A stretch of DNA of 64,000 nt from Octopus sinensis (lineage: Eukaryota): assembly GCF_006345805.1 (NCBI RefSeq), contig NC_042999.1, positions 99,944,001-100,008,000 on the forward strand, given 5' to 3'. Made by a program: the position numbers and the translations under genes. The notes beneath the pieces were generated by a model. The model searched no databases, was not told the origin of the DNA, and worked only from the letters and a program-made list of their open reading frames with translations. This document shows, one piece after another, positions 42,013 to 56,870 of this stretch. Positions within the stretch are counted from its first letter, which is position 1. Each line of letters starts with the position of its first letter.

Positions 42013-42232
42013 CTCTAGATATGTAAAACTGAGAATGTGCAGAAGTGAATTAGTCCAGATGGAGCTGTGCGTATGCCATTTACTGTAGCTGCTAGATTGA
42101 ATTATATGCTTATAAAGTAGCATTCAGTATCTATGATAACGTTTGGGAGTACATAATGTCTGGTCTTTCGCATGTAGCAGATATGTAATTGTGCATTTGT
42201 TTCCGTGTACTATGTGTTGTGTGTAAAAAAAA

Positions 42233-42309
42233 CATCCTGATGAGGAGAGTATCAATTTTAAATATGTGTTTCATATTAATTGGTGCATCTCCGAAACGGC
42301 CCGCAGATG
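42233..42309 (+). ncRNA. Type I hammerhead, cleavage triplet mutated
   Basis: Stem I CATC/GATG; CTGATGA; long stem II GGAGA...TCTCC; GAAA-C-GGCCC-G-CA (U16.1 replaced by C). Confidence 0.65.
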
Positions 42310-42396
42310 AACTTTTATGTATTTTTGTTAATTTGTATATTTATCTCCTATGTATTTTTCTCTGGAATTTTAATTCGTCTTTTTAATATGTCATTG

Positions 42397-42887
42397 GGTA
42401 CTACTAGCGAATACTGGTCCCGGTGCGCGCATCTAGTTACGACACCACCATGTTAGTGTCTACCCCCATCATTGTCAAAATTAATTAACTAAGTTTAAAA
42501 AATGATTTACTTTGTTCAAAAAATATTTAATTTGTGTAAAAAAATCATATACACTGTTTTAAAAAATAATTAACTTTTTTAGTTAAAAAAATTATTTACT
42601 TTGCTTTTTATTTGATTTGTGTAAAAAAATCATATACATTGTTCTAAGAAATAATTTATTTACTTTCTTTACAAAATTCTTTTATTTTATTCTGTAAAAA
42701 TTTATTTTATTTTGTTCGTTAACAAATATGTATTGCGCACGTGCGATACAAGTATGTATCGCGCATGCACCAATCAACTCATTTGCATATGCGCAAGTCG
42801 TTGTAGGATCGACTACTTACGACTAGCTAGCGCGGACGCGCGACTGCGCGTGAGCGCGCACCAGGACCAGTATTCGCTAGTAGTACC
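42397..42887. mobile_element. Non-autonomous Mutator/MULE-type MITE (491 bp)
   Basis: 34-bp TIRs GGTACTACTAGCGAATACTGGTCCyGGTGCGCGC (42397-42430 and 42854-42887, one mismatch). Perfect 9-bp TSD ATGTCATTG (42388-96 and 42888-96). Confidence 0.9.
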
Positions 42888-42941
42888 ATGTCATTGTATG
42901 TTTTATTACCCCAAATTTTTAATTTAACAAATTTATACCAA

Positions 42942-42982
42942 ACTAGCACTATGACCCGGCGTTGCCGGGTCATAATGCTAGT
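42942..42982. repeat. 41-bp palindrome resembling fused Helitron 3' termini
   Basis: ACTAGCACTATGACCCGGC-GTT-GCCGGGTCATAATGCTAGT, 19-bp arms with one mismatch. Confidence 0.75.
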
Positions 42983-42999
42983 ATATATATGCGTTTGCA

Positions 43000-43180
43000 T
43001 GTTTGTGTGTTTGTTCCCCCATCATCACTTGACAACCAATTTTAATGTGTTTACCTCCCCGTAACTTAGCGGTTCGGTATAAGTGACCCATAGAACAAGT
43101 CCTGGGGTCCATTCGTTCGACTAAAGGTGGTGCTCCAGCGTGGCCGCAGTCAAATGACTGAAACCCGTAAAAGAGTAAGT
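43000..43180 (+). mobile_element. SINE family B 3' half
   Basis: Matches 43495-43690 with an internal deletion. Confidence 0.75.
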
Positions 43181-43279
43181 TAAAAGCTTAGATTTAACGT
43201 ACATACTGATAGATAGATATATAGCATTAATACTATTAATACCTTCCAGTTATTTCTTCCGTGTCTTTACGTTTTGGCA

Positions 43280-43699
43280 GGCGCAAGAGTGGCTGTGTGG
43301 TAAGTAGCTTGTTTACCAACCACATGGTTCCGGGTTCAGTCCCACTGCGTGGCACCTTGGGCAAGTGTCTTCTACTATAGCCTCGGGCCGACCAAAGCCT
43401 TGTGGGTGGATTTGGTAGACGGAAACTGAAAGAAGCCCGTCGTATATATGTATATATATATATATATGTATGTGTATGTGTGTGTGTTTGTGTGTCTGTG
43501 TTTGTCCCCCTAGCATTGCTTGACAACCGATGCTGGTGTGTTTATGTCCCCGTCACTTAGAGGTTCGGCAAAAAAGACCGATAGAATAAGTACTGGGCTT
43601 ACAAAGAATAAGTCCTGGGGTCGAGTTGCTCGATTAAAGGCGGTGCTCCAGTATGGCCGCAGTCAAATGACTGAAACAAGTAAAAGAGTAAAAAAGAGA
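43280..43699 (+). mobile_element. tRNA-derived SINE family B, full length, with internal (TA)n(TG)n
   Basis: A box TGGCTGTGTGG, B box GGTTCAGTCCC, CCTTGGGCAAGTG core and an A-rich tail. At least six partial copies occur in the window. Confidence 0.85.
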
Positions 43700-44449
43700 G
43701 CATCTAAGTGGTCACTCAATCTGCTAGAAATAACAGCCAAATATCCTTCAAATATATCCTATTATTCTTTTTCGTAAATGATGAATGACAGAGTTATTTA
43801 CGTTCTTAGTTACATCTCATTAGTTACTCTGACGTATTCTGATTACTTTATATTAATATTCCAATAATCCTAATGTAGGAAAAGGAATCATCTGCTAAAG
43901 TTTTTGAATTAAAGAGTTGATAGTATGCTAATTAGAAAGATTCCCGTTATTAGTCCCGACTCTCGGCACTCTAAGTTGAAGTCCCGCTGTAGTCAGCATT
44001 TTTTCTTTCATCTATTCTGAATTGATAAAAAATGTATTTTTAAAGAGCAGTGGAGTAGCAGAGCTATTAGAGGACCAGACAAGATACCTTGCAGTTATTT
44101 CTTCCGTGTCTTTACGTTTTGGCAGCAGCGACTGCGAGGACACAGATGCCAAACTGAATCAACTAAAGTCAGCTGCCTTCCTAGTGATCAACATCGATTA
44201 CGTAGAGAGACACTTGTAAGCATTGTCAAGTGCCAGACGTCCTCACAAAACTTTTGCCCAAGCATGCACAAAATTGCGTTGATGAATAGTCAAACTTAAC
44301 TATCAGAGGTCCTATGTAATTTCTCCTACAATCGTGTGAGTAATTCTCTATGCATCAATCAATATATTCTTTTCGTATAAAGAATCCTTGCTATTATATC
44401 ATGTGTGTTTCACATAACTCTAACGAATGATATTGAACTAAGATCGTTA

Positions 44450-44900
44450 ACAAAATTTTGAACTTAAAACCAGCTAAAACCTATGCGTTAAAGCAGGAAT
44501 TTATTGATCCGCTCTTTTCCATACTTTGTCCATGAAACGCTATAGTTACAATTTGCTTTCGCGATCTCTGATTAACTCTCCTTGCGCTACATTCATAACA
44601 TAACAAATTCTAACCACCTTATTTTCATGACCTGGAAATATTTTATCTCTATGTAACTGGCGATGGATATCTTCTCACAATGCCTTCTACCACTATTATG
44701 ACATTCTCTGTTCCTCTGAACAAGCTAGTTGCTATGTCCCGAACCACCCACTCGAAACAGTTTGTTCTATTTTCAACACTGACTATGTATTCATTATCCT
44801 CTTTCGATATTTGTTTCCTGCCGATATCGTCAAATTAAACACCAGTCATATATTATTTCCACTAATCTTCAGAGGCTGCAAAACTATGGATACTGCCTCA
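44450..44900 (+). mobile_element. Probable old CR1/Jockey-type LINE 3' fragment
   Basis: 44686-44730 reads FYHYYDILCSSEQA, similar to the LFYRYYxGxCSxELA post-RT motif. The rest is heavily decayed. Confidence 0.35.
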
Positions 44901-45809
44901 CCTTCAAGCGAAACCCTAACAACAAATCTGTAGGCCAGTATGCATCTCGCTTTAGTCAATAACCTGTAAGATATCAGAAATGTATAATTAAATGTTATAA
45001 TATGTTCAATTAGTAATGATATGAAAGAAATATAAAATGTGTAATCATTTGATTACATGATCCAGTTATCTGATATGTCGAATTCGTTTCAAAATATTAA
45101 TTAAATTCAGCGAGTACAATTTCAACAATTACATTTCTTATTTTATTACATTATTTAAAATATACTTTTCTGTTACCCGGATAATATTTTAATCAAAACC
45201 AAGATGTACATTAATATACACACATAACCAAAATAACTAAACTGGGTTGATGTATTTTATCTTCTTAGAATGTATAAATTATACTTTGATCTTCATTCCA
45301 TGTTGCATTGTATATGATATACCAGTAAACTGACAATATAGCTGCCCACTTTATTATAAGCACTTTATTAAACTTCGATTAAACGATAAGATATTCACGG
45401 GTGAGTATTCGATAACATATGATACCCAATAATGAAGTAATTAAACACATACTTGATTTAAAATATGCATCGGGGGTTTCAAATGTCTGAGTAGCATACC
45501 AAAGAATTGAACTTTAAAAATTTTCATTGGTTTTTAACACGTTATATTTCGGAGTGTTAAAATTGCACTCAGTCGATATTTTCATTTGAGATTATTGACA
45601 TTTCTTCTGAGATTTTTTACTCCTCATATTTTGCCATTCAAATATACAAAACACTCCATTTCGTTGCCAGATGAATGTTAACTTCAGTTAAAGGAGGTAT
45701 CAGATAGATATTAATAAATGGTACATATAGTACTGTGGCACAACCAACTAAATTTATCAATCTTTGGTAACAAGGCACTGCAAATCATTTTTATGTTACT
45801 TTCCAATTA

Positions 45810-46000
45810 AGGCACAAGTCTTAAGAGAAGTATTTTGATGCAAACTATTAATGGCAGTACGTTACAGGTATTTTATTTTATCTATGTTAAAAGAATGAAA
45901 ACAAAGTTGTCTTCGGCAGGATATGGACTCAGGGCGTAAAGAGCCAGGACAAATATTACAAGGCATTTTATCCGACCCTACAATTCCGCAAGACCACCGC
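45810..46000 (-). mobile_element. SINE family C copy (old)
   Basis: Resembles 12705-12885 (AAGGCACAAG...GGTATTTTATTT...AAGAATGAAA...TCGGCAGGAT). Confidence 0.5.
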
Positions 46001-47124
46001 CTTTTCATAATATCTTAAATACCTGCGCGCATATACTAGCGTTGTGTCCATACTCAATAATTCATATATAACAGACATAGTCAAACATATTCAAAGAGTA
46101 CTACTAGACGTAAATAATAAAATGTATTCATAGATCAGCATACAGATGTACATATTTTCAGACGTACACTTATAAACACAATTCAACAGCCAGCACGTCA
46201 AGAAACGTATTGTCTATTTTAGAAGACCGAAGTATCTAATATTTTAAATCATTACTTCTTTCAAAGTTGAAGAAAATATATCCGAGTTGCCAAAACTTTT
46301 ATAATTCAAAAACATGCATTACGTTGTCGATTAATCTAGAATCTAAAACCAAATAACATAGGTGCAAACGTAAGCGGAAGTAGCATTTTTGTTGTTCGAC
46401 AATATGAAATTAGGGCATCACTCTTACATCTGTAGGTCAGCTCTTAGTAGTATTTTGTTTTGCAACTTACAAAGAATATTTATTTTTATTTTGATTGCCA
46501 AAATTGCTGTTGTCCTCACCTTTTAAAAGTTATTACTATTATAGCATTGTTATTGTAGGTATCATTCGTTAATTAAATAAATGATTTACATAATCCTCAC
46601 TTCCTCCTGAAAATATACTAAATGAGGAAAATAGGTGTACGTATGTACTTATGAATACGTGTGTATGCTCATGTTTAGTGTGTGTGTGTATGTGTGTGAG
46701 TATGCTTACGTATGTGTTTGTACACACACACAGACATACACACACAAACACATACACATACTATGTATATGCATATGTGTATCAGTGCATGCAGTAACAT
46801 AAATAAATGCAAAATAAATCAAGTCCATAGACTTCACCAACCGTCAAGCAATATGCTGATAATCTGAGAGACGGAAGCCAATTTTTAAATCAAAGATTCC
46901 ATATTCAATTGCATGTTTAAAATTTTCAATTGTGCTTTTAAATATTCCTTTTAAAGTATCCAATTTTTTAACATATGGATTACATCTGTATACATTTGTA
47001 TTAGTGTATTTATGTATATACAAACGTGTGTGTGAGTGTGTGTGTGTGTGTCTGTGTGTGTGTGTGTGTGTCTGTGAGTATGTGTCTGTGTGTGTCTGTG
47101 TGTGTCTGTGTGTGTATGTGTAGG

Positions 47125-47330
47125 AAGACATCCGGTTTAGGGGTTAGGGTATTCGACTGTGGGCAGCGCACACTTGATTTCACTCCAGTCCACTCAGCCA
47201 GCAAAAATAAGACGTAACCTTGAATCAAAGGGATAGCTTTGTCACATTATTTGTCGCACTGAATCTCCCTGAGAACTACGTCAAAGACACTTGCACATTA
47301 ATTTCACCAAGACTGGAACGCCACTCATCT
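47125..47330 (+). mobile_element. SINE with family A-like head, diverged
   Basis: TTAGGGGTTAGGGT...CACTTGATTTCACTCCAGTCCACTCAGC...GCAAAAAT is shared with family A. Confidence 0.55.
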
Positions 47331-47369
47331 TTCTAACCGATAAACTGACCGCTATATATATGTATGTAT

Positions 47370-47436
<67 letters not shown>

Positions 47437-47437
<1 letters not shown>

Positions 47438-47644
47438 CGTGACCGACCAGGAAATCAGATGCTGCTACACATCGCTGGTCACAATGCGCTTCGCATTGTT
47501 TTAGCCTTCAATGACGCCACCCCGCTAGCTAAGCGAGCAGGACAACAAAAGAAAGAGTGAGAGAAAGTTGTGGTGAAAGAGTACACCAGGAATCACACAC
47601 CTCCTGCCAGAGCCTCGTGGGGCTTTAGGTGTTTTTGCTCAATA

Positions 47645-47648
<4 letters not shown>
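47437..47648 (-). mobile_element. SINE family D 3' part
   Basis: Matches 39227-39427. Confidence 0.8.
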
Positions 47649-47707
<59 letters not shown>

Positions 47708-49683
47708 CATACTTACATACATATACATGCCTATATGTATACACATACACACACTCAATCTACTAAGAATCTATATGTCAAGAAATAGTAGGCATTCGTA
47801 TATTAGTCAATATAAAGGTATCAAAAGTTATTTACACCCGATACTATCGATCGGTTTCACACCACACATTAGACAACTGGATGGTTATCAAATAAATATA
47901 TATAATCTTCAGAGACAGCAGTTATGGATAAAGTAATGCTGCTCTCTGTTACTAGGTGAGGAAATGCTTCATCCGGCGCGTCTTTTTCACTGCGCCCACA
48001 AACTGGATGCAACACTTCCTCGCCCCACCCCCAATAACTGAGAGCAGCCGCCATATTTTTGCTTTACTTGCTTCTTCTGAAGCACACGTATTAGAGAAAT
48101 GTACAGATGCGTTTCTCTAATACATTGCGTAACTGATTGTTATCACCGGCTGTAATGGACCTAAAATACTGTAAATTTTGAATGATATATTTATATATAC
48201 GCGCGCGCACGCACACACACACATATGTGTGTATAATATATATATACATATATATATATATCGGAGCTGGCTTACTCACGAAGACTATCTATTATGGACA
48301 TTTGAATAGATTTTTGTCTTCATTACAGTTTTCTGCAGCTATGTTAAATGTGAAATGAGAGAAGAATAAAAGAACCACATAGAATAGCACGAGATGAGGC
48401 GGCGTACATGGGGCTTTTTTTTATATTGAATGTATATCGTAATGAAGTCGGTATGGCATGTCTGGGAGACAACGTTATTTTTATAATGAAATCATTTTTC
48501 AGCCGATGCATATGTATCCAAGAACAACAATAACATCTAATGCAACCATGGGAATCGGGGCCACTTTTATCACACCACGTTATTTCTAAGCGCATAACCA
48601 TTGCGGTTGTACGAAAATCTTTACTAACACGTTTGGGAACACTCAGCGAAAGTTCGTAAAATATTCATGCTATGCAATCACGTGTGAGCACTTCTGTATG
48701 CACATTGATTTATTGTATAAGTCTAGATTTTCCCAAAGAAAGTTCAATGAATTGTTTCAACATTTAAGCATAGATGAAATTAGCGAATAACAGTAATTCT
48801 ATGCTACCTTGACGAAAACTAGTTTCTGGCTTTGGGTTCTGAGGCATAACAAGGAATAAAATTGAGATCCAGAGCTGACGACTGTCACAGCAAATTATGG
48901 ACAGCAATTTGAGTCAAATTCTTTATATGGAAAGTGAATCGTTATCGCAAAAAAGGCATCTATAGTGTAAGTAAAATTATAATTAAAATCCTATTCCTTT
49001 TCTCGGTTAGTGAAAGTGTAACTTTAGACTAACGTAGCTGTATTCATAGCATACAGTAAGAGAAATATTGGACAAGGTTTTAGCATGCAACATATACTTG
49101 GCTTTAACTTATTTATCCATTTCAGCTCAAACCCTTCCACAAACACTTTACTTTTAATCCAGAAAATAGTACGTCGATAGAAAAATTACCAGAGTTGATG
49201 TACTTAGCTATACTCACAAGGCATTGACCCAACAAGGCCGTGACTAAGACCATTATAAGAGTAAAACAGTTTAAACATACATCAATCAATCTATCTCTCT
49301 TTGAAGATAATTGTGTACAAACTGATCTGGTATTCAACTTAACAGGGGTGGTTCATACATTATAGCTATGTGAATACTTGTAGTAAATATTTCTGCTTTT
49401 AGCTATAGCAAAGAAATTTTAATAATTAATAAAGCTAAATTGTTGTTTCATTGCTTGTTTTTTCTTTGCTCACTGTTGTATAGATAATATATAAAAGACT
49501 TGTTCCATGGTGATAGAATAAATATCAATGCACATTAACCTATTATAGTTGCTACTTGTAAACGCATATATACTAATTACTAAATAATAATTGTTTTTGG
49601 TGGAAATTCCACACAATACAATAAGTGGTTGAAATCGTATATATATATAAACATGTCTTATATATATAAATATGTATATATAC

Positions 49684-49714
<31 letters not shown>

Positions 49715-50207
49715 AACAGACAAACAAAAATACAGACAGACAGAAATAGATAGATAGGTAGATACATACATACGCACATATATAAATACATACACACGGA
49801 CGCATGCATATACATACATACATAAGTACATAATTACTATAATTTGTGAATAAGAGACATACTGAGAAGCCTATGTGTTTTGAACTAAGACACATTTCTA
49901 TTTGAGATATAAAATTGTCGGAAATGTATTTTTAGATTTGTGAAAATTAAGAGAATGCTCTGAAAAAAATTATCGTGACTACAGTGCATAAATTCGTTAA
50001 GTCGCTGAGAGAATCCGTTATGAAAACGAAATCTAACATGTGTATACATGTATGCGTAAGATCCATAACAACATATAGTCACACAGGCACATTTAGATAT
50101 ATTTTCCCGTGCATTCATACGTATAGGAGTGTTTACATTCTCGTTCATACAAATACATTCTACTTATTTCAATCAATTATACCAATACAAGCATAAGATA
50201 CATTATG

Positions 50208-50703
50208 GGAGTGAGCTGGCAGAAACGTTAGCACGCCGGACGAAATGCGTAGCCCTATTTCGTCTGCCGTTACGTTCTGAGTGCAAATTCCGCCGAGGTC
50301 GACTTTGCCTTTCATCCTTTCGGGGTCGATTAAATAAGTACCAGTTACACACTGGAGTCGATATAATCGACTTAATCCGTTTGTCTGTCCTTGTTTGTCC
50401 TCTCTGTGTTTAGCCCCTTGTGGGTAGTAAAGAAATAGGTATTTTGTCTGCCGCTATGTTCTGAGTTCAAATTCCGCCGAGATCGACTTTGCCTTTCATC
50501 CTTTCGGGGTCAATTAAATAAGTACCAGTTACGGACTGGGGTCGATATAATTGACTTAATCCGTTTGTCTGTCCTTGTTTGTCCTCTCTGTGTTTAGCCC
50601 CTTGTGGGTAGTAAAGAAATAGGTATTTCGTCCGTCTTTACGTTCTGAGTTCAAATTCCGACGAGGTCGACTTTGCCTTTCATCCTTTCGGGGTCAATTA
50701 AAT
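50208..50703 (+). mobile_element. tRNA-derived SINE family C with ~2.4 tandem 184-bp internal units
   Basis: Head GAGCTGGCAGAAACGTTAGC and B-box-like GAGTTCAAATTCC. Units start at 50256, 50440 and 50624, each with GTCGACTTTGCCTTTCATCCTTTCGGGGTC (resembling the Deu/Nin conserved SINE domain). Confidence 0.85.
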
Positions 50704-52957
50704 ACATGGAGCATCTATGAATGGCCCTCACCACATTTCGGTATTGTATGCTATACCAATCCCGGAAGTAGTCTTCATTTCATTGTCACGTTTATTTTTT
50801 TATTGTTATTTAAAACAGGACCGCATCACAACTTTTTAATATCTAGTCAACCTAACAGTTTTCTACGTGCAATGGATGTAACAGTATCCAAAATCACCTG
50901 GATAACTTAATATCTGCGATTCCTGACAAGTCAACATCATGACAAGAAACGCACCAAAAATGACGTACTGTTGCAGCAGTAACTGACGTATGGACATAGC
51001 TACAACTCTTTAGACGGAATTAATTAAATAAAAAAAATAGGCATACAGATGTGTATATAAGTATGTGTGTGTGTATATGTATGCATACGCCCAAGCATCC
51101 AAATAAGTGAGGGTAATTGTTCAGGAATGTATACATATATGTATGAATATGTGTGTGTATGTACACACTAATGTGCGTGTGCGCGCAAGCGTATTGTTTT
51201 GTTAAAATGTTAAATCTAGTAGTCATCATAAAATTTGATTTGAAAAATAAGGAGATGCAAATGAATAATAACTATATATTTTACAAGAGAATTTCGGCCT
51301 CGATCCGAAATAGGTTGTATGTCATAAACGAAAATGACTCGAAGAAATCTTTTATTACAACTGATTAATTTGTGAAATTAATTAGAACCAAATCTTCACT
51401 AATAACCTGAATTCTTTAGAAAGCAAAACTTCCACAGTAAGAAAGAGAATTCTAGCACAAACTCAAAAGTACGTACACATACTCACTGCACACGCAAATA
51501 GGTGTACTGCGATATAACATTTCCATGTATATTCTTGCATAATGAACTGGAGCCATAAAACGACAGTGTCTATACTAAATACGTTGAAGGCAAGTCAAAT
51601 GGTATGTAAAATCACTCTCGAACAATTAGTACACCTGATCACTTTTACTAACCGTTGCTCTACGCGTGGTGTTCAAAGAACAGTCAGTTAAATTCTAAAA
51701 GCAAGATGTAATCTAATTGTACTTGTTAGAATATTTCTCCTAGCCATATCATAATGATTGAGCACATCAATATTCTCAATCGAGTCAGCCTTTACAAGGG
51801 ACTCAACTTGCTAGAAATAACAACTGAAATATTCATCAAATTTAACTGTACGAGCTCTTAAAAATGACTTGACCGTCACAGTTGGAACACATTTGGTTAT
51901 TCAAGGCTTGCCTGGGGTTAAAAAAAACCAACAAAAATGGCAAAACAAAGCTAGTGTTTTATTGGTGATGGATATCGTCGATTAAACCGATCTCTACTAT
52001 ATAATTCATCGAACCCAAATGAATGAAGGCAAAAATCGATCCATGTGGTATTTGAACAGAATCGGAAAGGATTCTGTGTACTATTTAACAGCATTTAACC
52101 CGATGCAACACTTTCACAGACGTTTCTGTCTTTGTCATTTATATGCGATTTTCAAAAAGTAAATCAGCTACACCTATAAATGAATTGAATTTTCACATCG
52201 TAGCAATCAATAATGCTCTTTGCCAAATTGTGTTTTATGGGAAAGGTTTATGTGGATAAGATCCTAAGTTAAAACTGGAAGGAAACAATTTCCTAGTTTA
52301 AACAATTGAGTTAGTGTAATAAAATTCATAGAAATTTAATCTGTCCACTACAGTTTATATAACGACCAATAGGTGGATATGGTATGATTCCTTTTATTGA
52401 AAAGCAATGGTAAATAACATCTCAGTGTTTTGCACACTGATCATTCTCGTAACATACTTTTACTTTGTTGATGAACAAACTCTCAATTTTATTGGCAATT
52501 TCTCCAGGAAGTCCTGTGAATTGTTTAATAGGCAAGGGCAGAAAAGAATTTAGACTATAGATTTTGTAAATTCGACATCATTTTCAAAAGACGCTGCTTC
52601 TACTGATGGCCATTATTCTGTAATTATTCGGATGTTTATAGTAAATACTTATTAACGGAATTTAACGTGGCTTTATATTATTTCTTCTAGAAGCGATAAA
52701 TAATAAATGAGAATTAGAAAGGGATACTATTTTTTTCAACTGAAGGATTATTGATCGTATAAAGGCTTATTACCACTGGTCTAGCGTTTAGATTTACATC
52801 AAATACATTAATTTACTGAATCTCGTTTTCTACATTTACAAGTGACCTGTAAATCAAGAACACGTATTTTTTTCCACGTGCAATTAAGAACTAATGCTTG
52901 CAGCTATTCGTCATTATTAGTATCCTGAATTTATTATCCAAGAATATATGTATTATC

Positions 52958-55101
<2,144 letters not shown>

Positions 55102-55199
55102 ACATGTATATATAAAAATGTATGTATGTGTATATAGTGTACTGTTCTGTGATGGTAACATCACAAAAAGAAGGACTCCATTATTATCTAATACAAAAT

Positions 55200-55330
55200 A
55201 TATGTTTTCATGTGCTACTATTAGTTTCATGTGAAGAGAGCATGCCAGACCTTATTACAAATAGCGTTAAGAAAATACTGTTTAGGATGCTCGCGTCGCA
55301 TGAGACTAATAGTAGCACATGAAAACATAT
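55200..55330. repeat. Hairpin/mini-MITE, 44-bp arms, 43-bp spacer
   Basis: 55200-55243 versus 55287-55330, 40/44 complementary. Confidence 0.85.
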
Positions 55331-55563
55331 TCTGTGTTTAATAAATTTGATACACATAACATGCATACATACATGCCGTGATAGATCGTTAGCTACTACA
55401 CGCATTTTTTTCTCTCTTTGTTTTTTTCTGTGTATCTTTCTGTGGAAGAGCGTAGGCTTGAAACGTAAAAGACTTTTCTATTCCTGAGCGCTATACTAAT
55501 ACACTTGTTCGTTTGTACACCACCTGCCTTCGTCTTTTGTATATTTTCGTAAACTTTCCCTTT

Positions 55564-55650
<87 letters not shown>

Positions 55651-56870
55651 ATAAACACTTCATATTTAATCGACTTCAAAGAAAACTCTAACCGACTTTT
55701 AGAATGGCTTTTAGTAAGACTACAAAGCATTTGTACTTGCGAAATATATATTTATTCGTTTTGAAAATATTTATATTTTCTCCGTTAATCTGATCGTTTG
55801 GTGAGTGCATTGGTACATCTTTGTTTCTGATTGTTCATATTACCTTTAGCTTTATTTGCAATAATCATAACTGACAAACATTTCATTACGTAGATTGTTC
55901 GAAAATAAAGTGTCTTTCTTACAAAATAGCTTCTTATATTTATCATTTCATCTGCCTTTCTCACGTTACGTATTGAAATCCTATTTTTATGTAAGTGACC
56001 TTAACTAAATGCTATTTATTCTATACTTACAAGTTACCTCAATTATTAAGTTGCATGTAATCATGTTCGTTTCTGAAAATATACGACGCAGCTTTTACTA
56101 AAAGAACTTAATTTGTTGCTTCCAAATATGATGAACGATCTCATATTTAATTTCCAGAAGTTATTTTTCTTAGTCATTGCTTATCCTAGAAATAACGAAT
56201 TTATGCTGTGAGTGGACGTATTTGTGTCGTACAGTTCTTAGAACGAGTCTCCCTTTCTAGTTTCTCTCTCATTTTTTTATATAAATGTGTGTGTGTATGT
56301 ATTTATGTGTAAGTGTGTGTGTCTGTGTGTGTATGTATGTATATAAGTATGTATGTATGTATGTATGTATGTATGTATGTATGTATGTATGTATGTATGT
56401 ATGTATGTATGTATGTATGTATGTATGTATGTATGTATGTATGTATGTATGTATGTATGTGTTGAGGCACATTCCAGAAGTTTTAAGATTTAGTAGAGGT
56501 AGTTATACCGCTTCTAAATAATTTTCAATACATCTAATAAGATGACTTGCCAAATTTTGTAACTCCAGACTGAAAGAGACAGCTGTCCAGACTTTGCTCT
56601 CTGTAACCGCAGCTGTCCTATAAGCTAAAGGAAAAGGTGCAGAAGGATGTGACAAGGGTCCTGGACACCCTCATTTTGGAGGATTTGTACTGATTTCTTC
56701 ATGAAGTAACTAGGGTGCTACAACAAATACATAGAAGCTAGAGGATCCTGCTTTAAAGGTGTTTAGAGTTTTGTATTTCTGTTAATTTAATGAATCTCAG
56801 AACTTTTGGAATACAGATGGTTTGTATGTATGTATGTATGTGTGTGTGTGTAGGTATGCATGCATGCATG

